A stretch of DNA of 64,000 nt from Geosiphon pyriformis uo1 (lineage: Eukaryota; Fungi; Glomeromycota): contig JAAOMT010000276.1 in NCBI GenBank assembly GCA_016748015.1, positions 496,001 through 560,000 on the forward strand, in the 5' to 3' direction. The notes under the pieces were generated by a model that made no database searches, was not told where the DNA came from, and saw only the letters and a list, made by a program, of their open reading frames with translations. Below, piece after piece: positions 49,665 through 62,475 of this stretch. Every line of letters begins with the position of its first letter. The stretch's first letter is position 1. The translations under genes were made by a program, and so were the position numbers.

Positions 49665-52600
49665 ATGACCAAGAAACTGGGTGGATTGTCATTCAAAAAA
49701 AGATTTGATTGGATTTATCTTGAGGCCAGCATTTTTAAGAAGATCAAAAACTTTTTGCAAGTGTTCAAAATGTTCATCCCAGATTTTTGAGTATACCATT
49801 ATATCATTTAGATAAACCAGAACAAAGTTTTTTTTACTGATTTAAATACTTTGTTTATTAGGTGTTAAAAAGTAGGAGGAATATTGGTGAGACCAAAAAA
49901 CATGACTGTGAATTCATAAGTGTCATACTTGATAATGAAAGCAGTTTTCTTTCTACTTTTTGAATTCATCTCTATTTGCAGTTAAGTTAATGATTGAGAA
50001 AAAAGCAGCACAATTGAATTTGTTTAGCATTGCATTAATTTTGGGGAGTGAATACATGTCTCTTATAGTAATAGCATTTAATTGGTAATAGTTAATACAG
50101 AAACATAAGGTTCTGTCTTTTTTGGATATCACTACAACTAAAAAAGCTCATTTACTCTTGGTTTCTTGTATGAATCTAAGATTTTTTATTTAGGTTATCT
50201 TTTTTTTGATGAACTCATCATTGTGTTAATTGGATTAATAAGGCTTCAAATAGATGAGATGAGTTTTTCTGGTGATGATAGTATGTTGTATTACATGAGT
50301 TTGTTCAGAAGTATCACTTTTTTTTGAAATAACTGGGCTATTTCTAGCCAATAAATTTTCAATATTTACTTTTTTTTTTTTAGGAAAGAGTTCTTTTTGT
50401 TTTACTGCAAATAATTAAATTTCAAATGGTTTATTTTCAAAAAACTTTTGTACTTCTTTTTTTGGTATTAGGCTAATAAGTTCCCAATCTTTGTAATAAA
50501 TTAAGCAGATTTTGTATCCATTACTAGAAAAATACAAGAGTTTATTACACCAGCACCTGGCACAAAAACCATGCTACCAATAACTGTATTTGGCTTTTTT
50601 GTCAAGTTTTCTATCAAAGGTTTTTCTGAAGATATTATAGTAGAGCCAGCAGATCAGTTTGTTATTTACAATAATTCCTTCTCTGTTAGCTTTGATATTG
50701 TCTAGTGGCTTGTCATTGCTGGTGAAGATGATATAGATAAGTTCAGCAGTTTACTCTTGTTTTTTTTGATCTTCTTTTTCATTACTCTTATTATCATTTG
50801 ATTTATCTGATTACTTATTTTCTTAATTCTGCTTGGATACTGGAGGAGTTGTCCAATAATGGCACTTAACCACAATGGGCTTTTCATCACATCTAATGAT
50901 TAGCTTACAAAGTTTATAGTCAAGTAGTGCTTTGACTTTTTTGAGCCACTCATTGCCAACAATTATGGTATATTCTTTTGCTTTAAATACTTTCATGTCA
51001 GTTTCAATGCTGATGTTATTAATGTAAATAGGAACAGCTTTGGCTATGTCCAGACTTTTTTTCTTGTCACCATGTATATTAGTTATAAGTCGAATAAAAG
51101 ATTCATTAATTTTTTTTCCAATGGCTTTCAGAAAATGTTTGGCAATTACACTAACAGATGATTCACTATCTAGAATCAAGTCAATAAAATAACCAACCAC
51201 TTGGGCTTTGCAAATAAGGGGAGTAACATTGCTGTTGTTAGCAAGTTCAGCTTGGCAAAGATGCTTGTTAGTTTTTGGTGTTTTTTTTTTGGAATCAATA
51301 ATTTGTAAAGATTTTTTCTAAACTGTGGATGAATTATTAGTTGGCCAAATGTAATGTGTGCTGAGGTTTCTATGAGATTTTTAACAATGAAATAAAGACC
51401 AGATTTTTGTACTATTTTTGGGAATTCTAACTTTAGAGAATTTTTAAAAACTTTAGCCTTTGGTGGCTCATTGTTATTAGCAGTTAATGTTAATGCTTTG
51501 TTTGGTTCCAAAACGAAACCAATCTTGGCTTTCTTTTTCTTTTTTGTTAATTCAAAGGTATTAATTGCTAGTTCATCCATATCATGGTCATCATTAATTA
51601 GGTTAAAAGCATAAAAAAGATTTTCTTCTGGTTGGCTTGCACTTTCACTTTTTGAAGATGTGCCTAATAGTTTAAAAGCTGATAAACAGTAGCTTCAACT
51701 AAGAAATTTTCTTCAAAAAAATTTAATGTTGGCATGATTGGGTCTTTGATTAGAGACATTGTTGTTGATAATTCTGTTGTTTTAATTGTTATTGTTTTTG
51801 AGAGCTGGAAAAGGCAAAAAAAAATTATTGCAATTTTTGAAGAAATGTTCAGTTAATTCACAGCAATAACACACAGGTGGGCCATAATTTTGTTGTCTTT
51901 GATAAGAAGATTGCTGGGGCTAATTAAAATAAGATTCATATCTGGGTCTTTGGAGTTGTTAATTTGCTCTGACTGCTTGGGCTAAAAATTCCAGTAACCA
52001 AACAAGATTGGCTGTGAATCTATCTATCAATTGTTTATTGGAATCTGGAATTTGGGCAGTAAAAAAAGTGGCAGCCATGTGGGAAGCAAAAGCCATAATA
52101 GGAACAAGAGCAAAAACTGGAAATGTGAATCTTAGATGCATTTTTTAATTATCTTCTATTATTTGAGCAAGTTCAATAGTTATATTCATTATGGGATTGT
52201 TTTTTAGAGCCAGAAGAGACCAAAAAGCATATGAGAGATTCTTAATTCTTTTGTAAAGAAATGAATTTTTTGCTTTTCTGTCCAGTTTTTTTCAAAATCT
52301 ATCTGCTTAATTAACTTTCTGATTGCTTTGATATATTTGGTTATAATTTCATTAAAATCTTGGGTTTTTTTTTCTAATTCCATGCACCATTTGGATATCA
52401 AGATAGAAGTTCTAAATTTCATTTCAAACTGAATAGTAAAAAAGATGTTGTTTTCTCTAGCATTTGCTGATATCTATTTAATAATTCTTTGCTGAGCATT
52501 GGCATTGGTTTTTTGTAAGAACCAAGTAGCAAAAAAGTCTTGAAAGTAGCCACCAATAATTTGGAACTTATACTTAGCATCATATTGATTAGTAGTGGCT

Positions 52601-53241
52601 GCTTTTTCAAAATTATCTAATCATTCAATTGGGTCTTGTGCATCATCTCTGAATAAAAATAATGAGGTATTGTTTTTTTGCTTTAAAGCAGTTTGTATGC
52701 CTTGAAGAGCAACCAAAATTTTTTGTTGTATAAGGTTATTAGTCATTGATTTAAGAGTAGCTGTTTGTGTGGAATGTTCTAATTCACTTAAAAAGAGATC
52801 AAAAACAGGAGCAGTTTGATAGCTTTCTTCTTCTGTTTTAAAGAGTGTTTTAGCTAGCTAATGGACAGCAATCTAAATGTGAATTTGGTAATTTAGGTAT
52901 TTAGAATCAGGAGACTGTTGTTCAAATATTGTGGAATATAAAAGCTGATTGATACTGTTGTTTTTTTCTTCAAAGTTGTCTTCAAAATAAGCTTGGTTAA
53001 AGTAATAAGTTGTATAAGCTGTATAGGTTTCAGCTGAATGCTCATTCAGAAACCAGTCCCAAAAGTCTTGAAATTGTTTACTGGATTGTTCTTCAATAGA
53101 AAAGCAAATTAAGTAGAAGAGCAAAGAGTTAAGTTCAATAAAAGTTAGATTGTTTTTATTGTATGCTTCAAAGTGTTCTTTTGATTGTTGTGGCAGGTAT
53201 AAATAATCACTTATACAATAGAAAACAAAGTGGATTTTGAC

Positions 53242-53260
53242 AACCTTACAGAGTGCACCA
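53242..53260 (-). other. Primer binding site of family A (probably tRNA-Leu)
   Basis: TGGTGCACTCTGTAAGGTT is the complement of a tRNA 3' end (...AACCTyACAGAGTGCA-CCA), 6 nt from the LTR. Element D has a near-identical PBS (54453-54471). The Leu assignment is inference from resemblance to fungal tRNA-Leu T-arms. Confidence 0.7.
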
Positions 53261-53442
53261 CTTTTATGTTATGGATTGGAGTAATAAGCTAATGAATAGC
53301 AAGAGAGAACAAGATTATAGAGTGATAAAAGAAATTAAAAAAAATTCAACTTTTAAAGAGCAAATTAAATAAGTATAGATTCAATGTGTGAGATCAGTCT
53401 CATAGAATATTTCAGTCACTATACTTTTCAAAAAATAACCAG

Positions 53443-56400
53443 TGTTACCTGAATAGAAAAACTGATCTAAAGTTATGAAGAAACATGACCAAAACATAAC
53501 ATAATACAAAATAGCATACAATAATGCAGAATAACATGTTATAATATAGGATAATACAGAATAACATGTAATAACATCAGATAACATGTTATAATATAGG
53601 ATAACTAGTAATAACATAGAAGAACGAAGCAATTACAGAAATAGCAAAATAATAGTTAGCAATAACAGAACAATTAGAAACAATCTTATAAAACCAAAAG
53701 AATATATAAAAATGAGTAGTTAAAGAAGTTAGAAAAAGGAGGACATCTAAATATAAACTACTAAACAAAAATCAAATATCCATACCCTTTTATCATTTAT
53801 TCTATTCCATATTTATCTTCTAAAATAAATTAATTATTAAGAAATCAGAAATCAGAATTATGAATTCATGTTCTCAAACTTTGTAGAATTTACATAAATT
53901 AACTATTGTTTTGTACTTTTGTTCCAGAACAGATGTTCTTAGCATAACTGTTTCAAACTATTAACAATTTGGACTAATCACTCTTGATTATGGTAATTGA
54001 TGATACTAATTTATCTTTTCTTTTATTTATTTATTTATTTTTATTTTTTATTTTTTTATTTTTTTATTTTTCTCTTGTGGAGTGGCAATATAGTAAAATT
54101 GACTGTTTGGGAATAGACTTTGTGATAGCCTGGTAAAAGAAAAAAGCTCCCCCTAAGTTTTGGATATTAACATTATTTTGTTAGCTTACCAGAAGGATAA
54201 AAAGACAATGTTGAATCCTAACAACTGTACTCATTAGCTTAGAAAAGATAGCTTACATTTATAAAAAGTTGTAAACAGTAAAAGCCAAACCTCTGTGTCT
54301 TATAACTAAAGAACTCAATGGGTAAATTCACATCCAGAAAAGACTTTTAGAGACTGATAAACATCAACTCTGTGAAAAACATATAATCTTAGAACACTAA
54401 ATTAGAGCACCAAACATTACCACCATATCTCACCAAATTTACTCATAACATTTGGTGCTTTCTGTGAGGTTATAAATCCACAAAAACAGAACACTTCAGA
54501 AATTCACAAAAGTGGTGACTATTAGAACAGTAGAAAAGGATCACTTCTCATATGGAAAAGCATTATTTTAATACTTTCAACAAGACCTAAGAATACCAGT
54601 AGAAACCACTTATGCAGAAAGTGATTTTTGTAACTATATTAATGCTAAAATTGACTGCTTGTTAAGCTGTGCAACTGATATAGAAAGACTTGGAAAACAA
54701 ATCTATCAAAGCTTATTAGAGTATTTAATAACCATAACTACCCAAGCAATCACTGAAACTCTATGTATAATTGATATAAACATTAAATATTATATAACAA
54801 AATAATTATATCAAGTATCACAACTAGTGAAATCCAACTCTGAGGAATACAATGATGGATTCAACAAACCCAAAACTGCTCAAGCCAAATCCACAATCAA
54901 CAAAAAACCAAAATTTTTTTCTCCAACAACTCCATCCTACCATCAGACACCAGAGAGTAGAATTTTCTTTAATCTAAGCACAAAAACTCAGTCAAACACA
55001 TTACAAACTCCTGGAAATCAGCACCCATAAGAACACAACAGTTGAACCAAATCTCTAGAAGAATACAGATTATTATTCAGGAACCTTATCCCAACAATCA
55101 ATAAAATGAATAGAAATATGTAGATGTGAGAATTACCATCAACCCAATTCTTAATTGAATCATCAACTACTCTCTCTGAAGAAACAGTTATTCTCTAGTC
55201 CATTGGGAAAATTAACAAAAAAAAACAATCAAAATTAGTACCAGGAGAACCTTCTAGCACATAAACATCAAATTTCTTAGCATTAAACAGTAAAACTCCA
55301 TCTATCTACCAGATTATGGCTTACTGAGATATTGTTAAGTTAGAAAAATTCTCTGGCAAAGAAGACAACACATACTTATGGATTGCAAAAGCTAAGAAAG
55401 CAATTACTGCCAACAATTGAGATAATAATAGAGCTATTCAAGCACTGTTATTTTTTTTAATCAGAACTGCAGACTTGTGGTATTAAAGCCTGACAAAAAA
55501 ACCAACTGACTTTGCCATTTTTAAACTTGTCTTTCTACAATACTTTTGTGACTCCAATACTTTTATCAGATTACAGAATCAATTCAGCATAATAAAACAA
55601 AAAGATCATGAAGCAGTAACTACTTATTTTGAACAATTCAACCAAATTCTTTGTCAAATACTGGCAATTGAAAAGGACTATTATACTGTGGCACAAATTT
55701 TTAATCAATTTGTCAAGGGACTAAAGAGCAGTCTCCTAAGATCCATAAGACTCTGACATCTGACAAATCTACCAGATCCTATTACTCTTGCTCGTGATTT
55801 TGAGTTAGCAAAACAAGAAGCCAATTACACCCAAGCTGTTAATTTAGCCATTAATAGAACTGTAGACATTAACACAAAGATAATCTAATTAAGTAAAAAA
55901 TTAACTCAGAAAATTGAGATATTTTTAACCAGTATTACAAGAACTTATTAACCACCCCAATGAAGAGACAATAACAGCAGTAGATATCTCCAACAACAAA
56001 AACATCAGCAACAACAACAACAGTCTTAGAAATCTGATCTCCACAATTGTTATTATTGTTAAAAATCTGGACATATTGCCTGAAATTGCCAACAGAAATT
56101 AGTGAACCAGAATTGAGAAACTCAATACCAACATTCAAGGTATCTCTAGGCAATAAGACCCCAATACTCTGTGTTCCAATATCTATTGTTCTAATATGCA
56201 TCACCAATTATGTATACTCAACAACCACCTCAGAACTACTATCAACCATCACAACAAATAACTTAAGTAGCACCACAGTACCAAAACTCCATCTATAATC
56301 CACCTAGACCTCATACAATTGACTACAACCAAGAATGAAAAAATTTCAGCAACAATCAGATACAAATTAATAGTGGACTATTGTGACTTTTCAATTGGGA

Positions 56401-56691
56401 TAATGCTCCATTTTGATTAGCACCAACTGAATACCCTAACCAAGTCTCATATCTTGGTCTTACTGAAAACCAAGATTTTTATAGCTCTATATCTTTAGAA
56501 AAGAAGGATGTAAAAGAGACTTCCAATCCTTTAAGGCAAAATCAAACCAACAATACTATTCCATCTATCACTATTACTAAAGATACCACCCTTACTGCTA
56601 TTTTTCTCTTCAACATTGATGGTCTAAACACTAATAGCCTTTTCAGTGGAGCCACCATAAATCAGGACAAACCAATCATGGTCTTGTATAC

Positions 56692-56692
<1 letters not shown>
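53443..56692 (+). mobile_element. Truncated Gypsy element D (5' LTR 53443-54450, PBS, gag, start of protease)
   Basis: TGTTAC...ATAACA LTR; TGGTGCTTTCTGTGAGG PBS; gag relic (KLEKFSGKED, ILCQILAIEKDYY, knuckle CYYC*KSGHIA*NC at ~56047-56090); ends at QDKPIMVLYT just before the protease active site. Confidence 0.88.
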
Positions 56693-56722
<30 letters not shown>

Positions 56723-56732
56723 AAAAGCTTAC

Positions 56733-59700
56733 CATTTTGTGAAATCATAGGGCTTGAGATTTTTTGACTTTTATCACATTTTGTATATTGTATCTTTTTG
56801 AGAAAATTTTTTTTTCTATAGATAGATTCATTTAAGTTACAGTTATCGTGAGCAGCAATAACTCTTTGTTGAAGTTCTTCTGCACTATCACGGCAATGCG
56901 GTTTATCATCCCAATTTTTTGTAATCATTTCCTGAATACATTGAGGTGTATGCTTTTCGATTAAAGGACGCCTTTTCTGAATTGTATATAATTGAATTGA
57001 CATAGGATCTATAATATGATTTCACGGTCTTTCTCCTGAATTAATTTCCCAAGAAATGAGAGCAAAACTATAAATATCACTATATTTGGTATGAGGCTTC
57101 AAGTTACAAATTTCAGGTGCTAGGTATCGAACAACACCAAAAATTTCCCCAGGCTGTGGAGAGTAATTGGCAGGACGACAGAATCCTAGGTCAGCAATGG
57201 CAACTTTTAAGGGGTTTGATTTCAAAACAAGGATATTCCCAGGATGTAAGTCCCCATGGACTAGTTCTGATTCATGTATAAACCTTAGGCCACTAGCGAT
57301 TTGAAAAAGAATACGAAGAGCCATTTCCCAAGTAAGAGTGTTTTCGTTCATCTTGAGAAAAGCTTTGAGGTCCCCGTGTTCTGCAAATGGTAAAACCATT
57401 ATAAATTCATCGGTTGTAACATCTTTGGTTATTCCATAACATTCAAGGATGTATTTGCAAGAGGCACTTTTATAATGCGCAATAAACTATGAAAATATAA
57501 TTTTTAACATTAGAAAAAGAAATTAGTATAATAAAAATCATCTAAATTTCTTAAAAAGAAATACCTCATCTGAATTAACATATTTTATATTTTGGCTATC
57601 TTTAAGATATTTCAAAGCAACTTTCGTAACACCACTTCGTTCATGTTTTTGGGTTTTTTTATCCCAAAATAGAATTTTGCCTCTCTCCCAATTACCTCTT
57701 TTAACAATACCGAATCCTCCCTCTCCCACCTTATCTAAAAATTCAATCTCGTCCGGAGAAATCCATTCCAGGCAACCTCTGCAGCCTTCAGAAATTAACT
57801 GTGTATAACTTATATACTGATTAATATGAACATTTTCACTAGTCCATGTTCCCCTACTCTTTAAAAATCGTGAAGAATCACAAGATCTACACCAAAGTGG
57901 ATCTTTTAATGCTCTATTGCATTCTAGACATTTTGGCAACCCGGCTTTAAAAATATTATCACTTTTATCAGCCTCACAAAATGGACATATAGGAAATTCA
58001 CTAATGATTATACCAAAGTTGCCACATTTAAGACATTTGAATTCATCTGAAAGCTGGTTAAAAAAAGCTTCAAAATCTAAATATTCTCCTTTAGAATTAT
58101 CTGGATTTTTTAGACCTCGATTTTGAAGTTGCAAAATGAAAAGTTCCAGTTCATCTTGATCAAGGACATTGAAATCAGGAAAATTGCTTTGATAAATTAA
58201 GTTATTTATCTCTGCTGCTTTTGAATAGATTTCAAATGCTTTTTCAAAGTTTTTTGTCGTTCTCTATCCATTTTGATAGCACCATCCAAGGTTGTATTGT
58301 TCATTTTGATTTCCAGTCTCTGCTGCATTTAAATGGAATTTAAATTCGTTTTCTAAATTTTTATCTGTTCTCCATCCATTTCGATAATATGTTCCAATAT
58401 TGGTTTGTGGACTCGAATTTCCCACTTTTTTTATTTCTAGTCTATTTTGATAATATGTACCAAGTTGAATTTTTGCAAGTAAACTTCCCATCTCTGCTGC
58501 TTTTAAGTTGAGTTCAAATGCTTTTTCTTCATTCTTTATTGTTCCCCTTCCGTCTTGATAACAAAGTCCAAGATTGATTTGTGCAAGAATATGTCCCGCT
58601 TCTGCTGCTTTTGAAAATAGTTGAAATGCTTTTTCCTCATTCTTCGTTGTTCCCCTTCCATCTTGATAACAAAATGCAAGTTCGATTTGTGCATTTATAT
58701 CTCCCGCCTCTGCTGCTTTTGAAAGGAGTTCAAATGCTTTTTCCTCATTCTTCGTTGTTCTCCTTCCATCTTGATAACAAAGTGCAAGTTCGATTTGTGC
58801 ATTTGTATGTCCCGCCTCTGCTGCTTTTGAATAAAGTTCAAATACTTTTTCCTCATTCTTTGTTGTTCCCCTTCCATCTTGATAACAAAGTGCAAGTTCG
58901 ATTTGTGCATCTGAATCTCCCGCCTCTGCTGCTTTTGAAAGGAGTTCAAATGCTTTTTCCTCATTATTCGTTGTTCCCCTTCCATCTTGATAACAAAGTG
59001 CAAGTTCGATTTGTGCATTTATATCTCCCGCGTCTCCTGCTTTTGAAAAGAGTTGAAATGCTTTTTCCTCATTCTTCGTTATTCCCCTTCCATCTTGATA
59101 GCAAAGTGCAAGTTCGATTTGTGCATTTATATCTCCTGCGTCTCCTGCTTTTGAAAAGAGTTGAAATGCTTTTTCCTCATTATTCGTTGTTCCCCTTCCA
59201 TCTTGATAACAAAGTGCAAGATTGATTTGTGCATTTATATCTCCCGCGTCTGCTGCTTTTGAAAAGAGTTGAAATGCTTTTTCCTCATTCTTCGTTGTTC
59301 CCCTTCCATCTTGATAACAAAGTGCAAGATTGATTTGTGCATTTATATCTCCCGCGTCTGCTACTTTTGAAAGGAGTTGAAATGCTTTTTCCTCATTCTT
59401 CGTTGTTCCCTTTCCATCTTGATAATAAATCGCAAGATTATATTGTGCATTTATATTTCCCGCGACTGCTGCTTTTGAATAAAGTTCGAATGCTTTTTCC
59501 TCATTCTTTATTGTTCCCCTTCCATCTTGATAATAAATTGCAAGATTATATTGTGCATTTTTATCTCCCACGACTGCTGCTTTTGAAAAGAGTTGAAATG
59601 CTTTTTCCTCATTCTTTATTGTTCTCCTTCCATCTTGATAATAAATTGCAAGATTATATTGTGCATTTATATCTCCCGCGACTGCTGCTTTTGAATAAAG

Positions 59701-60522
59701 TTCGAATGCTTTTTCCTCATTCTTTATTGTTCCCCTTCCATCTTGATAATAAATTGCAAGATTATATTGTGCATTTATATCTCCCGCGTCTGCTGCTTTT
59801 GAATAAAGTTCGAATGCTTTTTCCTCATTGTTTTTTGTTCCCCTTCCATCTTGATAATAAATCGCAAGATTATATTGTGCATTTATATCTCCCGCGACTG
59901 CTGCTTTTGAATAAAGTTCGAATGCTTTTTCCTCATTGTTTGTTGTTCCCCTTCCATCTTGATAATAAATCGCAAGATTATATTGTGCAAGGGTATGTCC
60001 AACCTCTGCTGCTTTTGAATAAAGTTCAAATGCCTTTTTTTCATTTTTCGTTGTTCCCCATCCATTATCATAACAAAATGCAAGACTGTTTTGAGCATTG
60101 AAATCTCCCGCCTCTGCTGCTTTCGAATAAAGTTCAAATGCTTTTCCTCGGTCTTGTGTGATACCAATTCCATTACTGTAACAATAATCTAAAAAGAACT
60201 GCCCAAAAGAAATTCCTTCATTCGCTACTTTCTCAAATTCTAAAAATGCTTTTTTTAAATTAGGAATGGTTCCAATTCCATGTTCTAAAGAAAAACCAAG
60301 CAAAATATAATCTATCCAACGCCTTAGATTTTTCTTATTCAAGTAATCGAACAAATCTTCAGGTGTTTTCTGATTGCGCACAAGATATTTTTTCACTATT
60401 TTAGCAACTTTTGAATATTCTCTTGCTGGAAAAATAGCCAAATTTTCTTTGATGGCAGTGAATACTTCTTCAAGCCAGTCGAGAGGTAAAGTTGCGTTTT
60501 CAATTGATGAAGTTGAAGACAT
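56733..60522 (-). pseudogene. Sel1-like-repeat + Cys-rich linker + TKL-type protein kinase gene (disrupted)
   Basis: ATG at 60522; ~20 SLRs; CxxC pairs; kinase motifs GEGGFG, VALK, HGDLHPGNIL, DLG, YLAPE and SDIYSF. 78-nt intron at 57487-57564. In-frame stops at 58264-58266 (TAG) and 57022-57024 (TGA). Next intron donor GTAAGC at 56732 runs into retroelement DNA. Confidence 0.9.
58487..59998 (-). repeat. 108-bp tandem array encoding 14 near-identical Sel1 repeats
   Basis: 36-aa unit xxNAQ(YN/IN/IE)LA(IY/LC)YQDGRGTxxNEEKAFxLxSKAAxAG, repeated at the DNA level. Confidence 0.95.
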
Positions 60523-62475
60523 GATTTTTCGAACAAAACAGATAATATAGATTATCAAACTTTGAATATTTGGTATGGGTAAAAAAAGATTTTTAATAAA
60601 TTCATATTGCTAATAAATAAGGATTTCAGCCTATAATTTATTAAATTACATTCCTGACAAGGCTAGGTATTGGAGCAAATCTGAAACGCTAGAATATGAA
60701 AGAAACTTCTGAAAATAGATGTTTACTTCATAAAGGTCAGACTTCCTTATTTACATTGCCTAAATGGCAAAAAAGACGAACTATCTTATTAATTAATTAA
60801 CTTTAATCTTAATTAGTAGATGAACCTAAAATTTTGAACCACTTAGTTGAGATTTAAATATGCGGGATAAAATCTAGTTAAACCATATATATATTGGCCT
60901 TGAGATCAATTTTAAAACCCAGCATAAAATTTGATGTATTCTGTAAAATAAAAAAACGTTTTAGGTTTAATAAAAAAACCAGTAATAATTCAGTGAAAAA
61001 AAAATTGAGTATATGAACTTTTAAGTCAAAGAATTTAAATAATAAAAATTTCACCTGATAGGTTTTCTGAATAAATTGAACCTTGTCAGTCAAACTCCGA
61101 ATGATAAAAAAAACTAAAATTGAAAATTTGAGGATAAATGATTTACAAAAGGAATTTTTCCAAAACGAAGACCAAGATATATTAAAAGATTCAGAATAAG
61201 TTTCGTGAAGCTATAAAAAACATTAAATCTGCATCTTTTCTTTATAAACTTTCAATTTATATGTTTACATTAGTTAATATGTCAATTTTCTTAAAAAATC
61301 AAGAATTTCATACCATCTTAATATTTCTCTTTGAAACTAGCATAAAAGTCTATCCGAAGTTGTTGTGCTTCTAAATTTCAATTTTACTCGAGTATTGAAC
61401 AATAAGAGTTCAAAAATTCTTTAATGACAAACTTACTTGTTGAGAGTTTTTTAATAATTTAACCAAACTTGAAATTTAAAATACCTTATTTAAAACCTTA
61501 TTTTTTATTTTTTCTTATTTCAAGTTTATGCACAATTATTTGTGCTTAGTTTAAAATTTGACATAAATTTTTAAAATTTTTAGTCATTAGTAATTAAATA
61601 CATAATGATTTGAAAATATGTTGTAGTAGTATTAAAAAATCTATTTTTTTGTTTCTTAGAAAAAAAAAATGAAACAATTGTTAGTAAAAATAAGATAAAC
61701 TATTAATTAAATATTATGTAAATAAACAGAATTTTTTAAACTAAAAAGTATTTAAGTTTAATACATTTTAAAATTTTATATTAATATAAAAATTTAATAT
61801 TATTAAATTTGATTAAAATAATTGTTTAAAAATCATTATAAATAAAAATTAATATAATATTTTTTTCTATTATTTTAATAATTAATTTAAAGTATTGTTT
61901 TTAACTTTTTTAATCCATATTTTAAAATATTATTTTGTTTTATTATAAAACAATATAATATTAAAAACTATTAATATAAACTATAATTATTTTATTAAAC
62001 TATCAAATAACATAAATTTTAATTAATTAATAAAAAGTATTATGTTTTTTTATAAAAAATAGTTTTGTTAAAAATATAATTAATTGTACATAATATTGTC
62101 TTAATTAGCTTAAATAATTAGTTATATATAAAAAAAACATAAACTGTATTTATTATAAAACATTAAATTTTATATTATTATATAACAGTTGAATTTTAAT
62201 TTGTTAAGCATAAAAAAAATACTATTTTTTAATTAATTAATATTATTTCAATTTGTTTTTTAGACTATTGTTTTTTATTGATTATTTTTTAGTTAAATAT
62301 TTTTAATTATAATTATTAATATATATTTTTATTTATATTATAATATTACAATTAAAGTAATAAATTAATAAATATTTTAGAATATTTTATTAATATATTA
62401 TAATAAATAGTAAAAACTATATATATTAAATAAATAAATAAAAAGTATAAATATAAATTAACAAAAAAATAATAA

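Larger units (their letters stand above)
35484..53442 (-). mobile_element. Ty3/Gypsy family A, copy A4, hosting three nested insertions
   Basis: 3' LTR 35484-46129 (split by element B); internal region 46130-53266 (ORF3, IN, RH, RT split by a solo LTR, PR ORF 50823-51200, gag); PBS; 5' LTR from 53267, interrupted at 53443 by element D. Confidence 0.92.

Noticed and set aside
53242-53260. tRNA gene
   Set aside because: Only the 3'-terminal ~19 nt including CCA is present next to an LTR, so it is a PBS.
58487-59998. Possible CRISPR-like array
   Set aside because: Units are contiguous in-frame coding repeats with no unique spacers; eukaryotic context and no cas genes.
58581-60173. Repetitive ORFs on the + strand and in alternate frames (214, 254, 107 and 96 aa)
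   Set aside because: Shadows of the 108-bp Sel1 array.
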